In this document: in pieces, positions 58,331-64,000 of the stretch
Position numbering within the stretch: the stretch's first letter is position 1
How the letters are laid out: the number at the start of each line of letters is the position of its first letter
Assembly: GCF_000372725.1 (NCBI RefSeq)
Contig: NW_005201202.1
Coordinates: forward strand, 62,001 to 126,000
Direction of reading: 5' to 3'
Source: Emiliania huxleyi CCMP1516
Taxonomy: Eukaryota
Length of the DNA stretch: 64,000 bases
Made by a program: the position numbers and the translations under genes
Notes under the pieces: model-generated
What the model was told of the DNA's origin: nothing
Database searches by the model: none
Seen by the model: only the letters and a program-made list of their open reading frames with translations

Positions 58331-60118
58331 CCTTTGCAGGACGGCGTATGGTTCTTGCACTTGTGCAAGATTGGGCGTCTTCTGCCGCAGTCCCTTTGAT
58401 GGGAGGCCCCAGGGTGGGGGCCACCTCGAACCCCCGGCCAGGGATTCGAGCGGAGGGTGCCCCGGATTCACCTATCCGTTGGGCCCCGGTACATTCATTA
58501 GAACTGATCACTTTGCCAGCAGCCGTCCCTTCGCCGACTGGACGGCAGTGCGCTGCGTTGTCGCTCTGTCGTGCACGCTCTCGTGCCTCGTTGTTGTGAA
58601 GTGTCTTCGGCTCACGCCAGGGCGCTCGTTGCTCCTCCGTCTCTTTGTATCTTCCATACTGCATTTATCAGAAGACTGGTCGGAGCGACGGCCGATCCAG
58701 CAGTCGTCTGCGACATGGCAGTGGCCCCGGGTCATGTGCAGCTGGTCCCGAGCGGCTCAGGTCCCAGATCGAATCTCGGACCCACAGATTCTAGATTCCT
58801 TTAGATTCCCTGGATTCCCGCAACAACGATCTCTTAGCGGCGGCAAACAGAGGCGCAACTCTGCCAGCAGCGAGGAGGCTCCTGCTGCTCAGCTACCGAG
58901 GCCTGGTGGCGTCGGCTGCTGCGTGGAGAAGACAGCAGCACTGTCCGACCTCAAAACATGCACAACAAGCGGGATTTGTGACTCTGTCCTCGATTCTTCA
59001 GTCGCTCTGCCGGACGCGCTCGCTTTGTCGCGAGGGTCACCGGTGCAAGCCGTGTGGACGCCCAGAATAGCCTCCCCTGGCTTAGCTAGAGTGAGAGATA
59101 TTGTGCACGTGGTCAGCCTCTACAATATATACACTGCACTTTACCTCCCAGAGCTCGTCTAGGTCCGCCACGGCCATCCTCAGCCTCCAGAGGGCCCCCG
59201 GCCGCGGCGCGGTGCGGCGGCGTCACAAATCCGACGTCAGTTCACCGGGACGCGATCGGGCGATCTGAAGCCCAACTAGGCGTATGGATTGCCCGCCCAG
59301 GGCTATCACCTGGACCCCTCAATGGACGCCTGCGGTGCCGCCCCCACGAGGTGTTGTTCACACCTGTCCAACCATTCGTGCAGCAGGAACGCGCTGTGTG
59401 TGGCTGGCAGCAAACTCAAATGACGACGGGTTGCAGCCTCGTAGCTCAACGGCAACATTGTGCATGAGGAAGGCTGATGGAAGTAGCACCAGCCACACAA
59501 CCAACAGCTTCTGGAGAGTATGCGGAGCGCAAGCAGCCGGTGATCAAAGGCGTGTTGCTGTCGGTGGCAGATTGCCAGAGGGACGCCGGCGCTTCGGTGC
59601 GTGGCTTCGTCACAATTTTCCACCGCTCAACTTGGAGGCAGTGTGTCTAGTAGCGTGCTACACCTATGACAGCGGACCTCAGGGGCGCCGACGTGCGACG
59701 ACCGTCTGGGATCGAAAGACGAAACCGCGTCCCAGGAGCTCGTGCAGACGCGCTCCGGAGCTCTGTGGCGGAAAATTTGAAGGGAACGTGGTGGCTTCCC
59801 ACCGCCTCTGTATGTGCCCAATAAAGTACTAACACGACCCTCGGGCAGCAGGGGGTATGTGGCGAGCGCACGGAGGCACAGTTAGGCCGCCGTGATATCG
59901 CCCTTCCGGGCACCCCGTTTCGGTAGCCGTTTAGGGGTTAAAATCCCTGTGTGGTGGCGGCGTGCCGTCCTCCCATCCCTAGCCCCCGGGTATTATGATG
60001 TGAAGTGTAGGGTTTTCGTACATCATAGTAGGTCAATTATAGGAAAACTCTTCCATGTGGTATGCCGCGCGTCTGGGCGTCTCGCGTGGAACATCTCGTG
60101 AGAGCGCAATGCGCCGCG

Positions 60119-61734
60119 TCACCTCGGACTCCTCGCGGGCTTTGGCCCGAGCAAGCCGCCGGCGCCGCACGAGCCAGCCTTCTCCGCCCCGCTGGTCGGG
60201 AGTGGCAGCGCTTGCGCCAAGGCGAGGAAGGCTGTGAGGCCGCACACATAGGTCGCGGCTCCGGTGCTGAAGACGCGCACCCAGCCGGCGGCGGCCGTCG
60301 GCGCGGCGGCGAGGACGCGGCCGGTGACGACGTTGGCCGCGATGCCGGGCACGGTTCCGATCGTGTTGACGACGCCCCACATCTGAGCGGCGGTCGCCGC
60401 GTCGCCGCCCGCCAGGTCGAGGATGTTTGCCGCGTAGCCTGCGTGCGACCAGGAGGAGGCGGCGATGGCGGCGGCGAGCAGCGCCGCCGCGCCGCCGGCC
60501 GACGTGCTCCCGCAGAGGAGGAGGAAGCAGCCGCACGGCACCAGCATTGCCACCGCCTGCATGCACTTGCGCGCGTGCAGCAGCTTGAGCCGGCAGCGCG
60601 AGAGCAGCACCTCGTCCGCCACCCACCCGCCGACGTTGTCCGCCACGATGGCGACGGCGTACGGCGTGCTGAAGAGGGTCGAGCCGTCTGCGAGTGTCGC
60701 GCCTGCGGGGTTTAAACGCGGGGAGCCTGCGGCGGGCGGCGGGAGGGGAGCAGCCTGCGAGGCCGTGGCCGCGGCGCCGAGCGAGGTGAGGTACTTTGGC
60801 AGCCAGGAGAGGAGGAGGTACGCGCCCCAGTTGTTTGCGAAATGCGCCGCGCACACGGCGAGGAAGGCGGGGTGCGCGAGGAAGGAGGGGCGGGCGCAGC
60901 GCGGCGCAGAGGCGCTGCAGCGCGGGCTCCCCGACCCGTCAACAGCAGAGATGAGGCCCAGCTCCTCCCCCGCCGCGCCTTTTCCGGCGGAGGCGCCTGG
61001 CGAGGAGGCCGGGGCGAGGGCGGCGAAGACGAGGCACCAGACAAAGCCGAGCCATCCCCTAGAGAGAGGGGCGCGGAGGGCGGTTGGCAGGCGCAATCTC
61101 GCCCTCCGCCACCCTGCGGGGGCGCGCGGCGGCGCCAGAGCAGGAAGATGGAGGGCCACCACCACTCCGCCAGCGGCGAGCAGGAGAGGGCGCAGATGGT
61201 CCCCACAAACTGGCCGCTGAAGATGAAGGAGAGGGCGCGCGCCCGGCCTTGCGGAGGGACCCACGCAGCGAGGAGCGCGTTGCAGCACGGGATCTGGACG
61301 CCCTCGGCGAGGCCGACGACGACGCGCGCCTAGACTAGATTGACCGTCCTCCAACCGTCAGGCGCCGCGAATGACGTACTGGCGGAGGGCGCAGTGCGCG
61401 CCGCGAGGGCAGCGTCGATGGACTGGCGTGCGGCCCACGGCGTGAGAACTGTTGCCGCAGACCAGACTACTGTACCGATCAGCAGCACTCCCTTGGCTCC
61501 AAAGCGAGCGGCGGCGAGGCCGGCCGGGATCTGCGTGAGGACATATCCGCAGAAGAATGACGCGAGCAGCGTGCCGGTGCTCGCCTCGCCCCAGCCGAGC
61601 TCGCGGCTCATCGCGATGACAGCCACCGAGAGATTTGTCCTGTCTGCGTAGCCGAGCATGTTGTTGAGGAAGAGGAGCTGCAGCAGCGTGAAGGCCTCGC
61701 CGGAGCAGTCGGATGTGTACTTGCCGCGCCGCAT
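60119..61734 (-). CDS. SLC17/PHT4-like anion:cation symporter (MFS), spliced
   Basis: YADRTNLSVAV..M..E.GW.....G.LLASFF.GY.LTQIPAG..A.RFG.K, GLAEG, AHFANNWG.Y.LLSWLPKY, N.LDLA, WGVVNTIGTVPG. Confidence 0.88.
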
Positions 61735-64000
61735 GGCTGGACTGGACTCGGTCGCGGCGTTTGCTTGCGCGTCTCGACTGGTGGCGGCGAGTAAGATTGG
61801 TGGTTGGGTAATGTCGAATTGGGCGGCGGACCGATCGCTCCGGCGAGGCCTTCACGTGCGCTTTCCACTAGGAGTCCAGCGGATTTCAGACTTTGCGTGA
61901 CGTTGGGTGACTGGTATACTGGCATCGGCTTTGCAAGCCTGGGCTTGCGAAATTGACGACCAATGCGCTTCACCGCCTCATATAGTACCATTTTATTGCT
62001 TCAGCACCAACGCCACGCTACGTTCTAGGGACGCAGAGCGCGCACTGAGAGACCACTCATACATATCGCTGTTGCGGGGCGGCAATGTGACTGGACTCGC
62101 CGTGCGCGCCCAGCTAACCCTAGCCACCAGCCTTCGCCATACCCAGGTACGGTCGTACCTGTCTCCCCACCTAGTCATCCCAAATCCTCGGGCGACCGCG
62201 CGGCTGCGCTACTCACAGGCAGTCTCCCTGCCGTAGCTGTTACAGGCACCACCCACCGACCAATCTCGACGACGAGCCGTGGCAGGGCTCGCTGCGCCAG
62301 CTGCACAGCAGTACGCCACAACACAACATATTATATTATCCAACATAACCTCTCCCTGAGTGCCCTACCCTTGCGGGCTCAGTTGCCGCATTAGGAGCCT
62401 TCGCACCGCGAGTGGGCTCAGGTGGGATCCACACAGAGAGAGGTTCAGTACAGAGCCGCACTCTACACACCTTATCCCCCTACTCGGGCGGCATCGTGGT
62501 GAGACCCTGGGCAGTCAGAGAGGCTGGCAGTAAGTGGCGGGCTATGAAGTCGGGCCTCTCCCGACCCGCCATCGTTGCCTAAGGGAGGATCCTATCGGCC
62601 ACTAGACCATGACAGATCAGAGGCGCACATGCCCTGTCCCAGCTCCCCCACTCCTCACACTGGGTTTGCAGTGCGCGGCCTCACCACCTCCCTACCAGGG
62701 CAAACCCCCTCTCTCCCCCTAGGTGCTGCACTGGACGCCCATAGAAGGCGCGCGGCAGAGGCGGGAGCACGATGACACAACGCTTGAAAAACCATTCTGA
62801 CGAGCCTCCGAGCATACTTGTGTGGACGTTTCGGGCTCCCATCCCCCGCCCCGGATCCGTGGGCGATCGCACACGCGGCTGGGGGGCACGGCGCGAGGTG
62901 CCAGGTGGCGCTTACCACTGAAAAGGAGGTTTTGGAGCCCCTAAAAGCGTCATAATAGCCGCACGTTTGCACTCGCCGTGCCTTGCCATCTCCGAGCCGC
63001 GCCCCCTCCTTCAGTTTTAAGGCGAATCGGGTGCCGAACTCGGCGTCGACAGCTTTGGCTCGACATCTTTACCATTTTGGCGAGAAACGCATAAGCCGCC
63101 CCAGCGAAATGGCCGATACGGCCGGAATCGGAGGCGGCGCCGGGGCGGCTTATGCGTTTCTCGGGGTCGTGTGGTTTAGCCGGATATCGACCTGGTGTCC
63201 CGTGGGGAAGGTATTGAACTGCCTTAAAACGGAAGGGCACGTCCTGTTCACGCGATGGCCAGCCGTGGTGTGAGCCCGAAGGGTCGGCGAGTCGGCAGAC
63301 AGACAAAATAACCTCCAACTCCCTCAGTTTCTAGGACTCCCCTCTCAATGACCACCTCTATACACATTCGAGGTGGCCTTATCTTATGGAGGGAAGTGCT
63401 AGAATCATCATCTAGGAGGGAGGGGCCCCCCCGCCCGACCCGCGGATACTCCCTCTCGCGCCGGTTCGGCACGCGGGAGATTGCCACGTGGACGGAGGGG
63501 TTATTTTGCGAGGTGGAGGCCGACCTCTCAAGCAAGCTCGAGAGGCTTCGGATACCGGGGCTATCCGCAATAGATGTATTACGCCCTTTCTCCTCAACGG
63601 CTATCCCTGCTTCCCTATTGGGATTTCTTTTGCAGGTGCTGCGCCCTGCGTGGTCCCCGGTTTTGGACCGGGAGGGGAATTTTTTTTTGGGTGATGGAGA
63701 CGGTTCTGCGCCCGCCCTCAGTGTCGGTTCTGCGCTCGACTTTTTTTTTGAGGAAGGGAATTTACTGCGTTCTTCCCGCTCTTCCGGGGGAGTTGAAATG
63801 AGAATTTTGAAGGCCCTTTCGGGAAATGGTGCGCCGCAAAGGCGGGCTTGGGTCTAATAACTAGGTGGGCTGGGGACATGGGGCCCTCAGAAGGGTAGGG
63901 GTGGACTGTGCATGAAGGAGGATCAGACATGTACGCGTACACCGGGGGGGGGGGGGGGGGCAAAAGGGGGTGCGGGAGTGCAGACTGTCTCTTGAGAGCA

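Noticed and set aside
58371..59832. ORFs of 263 and 182 aa
   Set aside because: No recognisable motif and atypical composition, so they cannot be supported as genes.
62340..62620. Possible structured RNA or ribozyme
   Set aside because: I could not establish a defined fold by eye; a covariance-model search would be needed.

Overview
GC-rich, intron-containing eukaryotic DNA. The frequent GC-AG introns, intronic minisatellites and gene types resemble a haptophyte such as Emiliania/Gephyrocapsa; this is inference from style only. About 20 protein genes are supportable, including an OGT/SEC-like GT41, an SLC35F-like transporter, a small HSP, a stand-alone SRP54 M-domain protein, a PCIF1-like methyltransferase, an MBD-MBD-SAM protein, a membrane mono-ADP-ribosyltransferase, PFK-2, a UPF1-like helicase, an SRA-domain protein, a FUT8-like glycosyltransferase and an SLC17 transporter. 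The most interesting locus is a multi-exon minus-strand gene (39.6-44.2 kb) that appears to encode AGC kinase-PAS-SnoaL-PAS-LOV. This would be a candidate blue-light-regulated kinase with the reverse order of phototropin and a LOV domain lacking the conserved Gln. One link in this model crosses a 232-nt assembly gap. Also notable: an AlkB-kinase fusion; a 3.9-kb TIR element carrying a 180-bp tandem array and a Tudor-like ORF; several TIR/foldback elements; TSD-flanked 60-100-nt retro-tail micro-insertions; and introns whose 5' ends duplicate the next exon. Exon boundaries were read by eye and no database searches were run.
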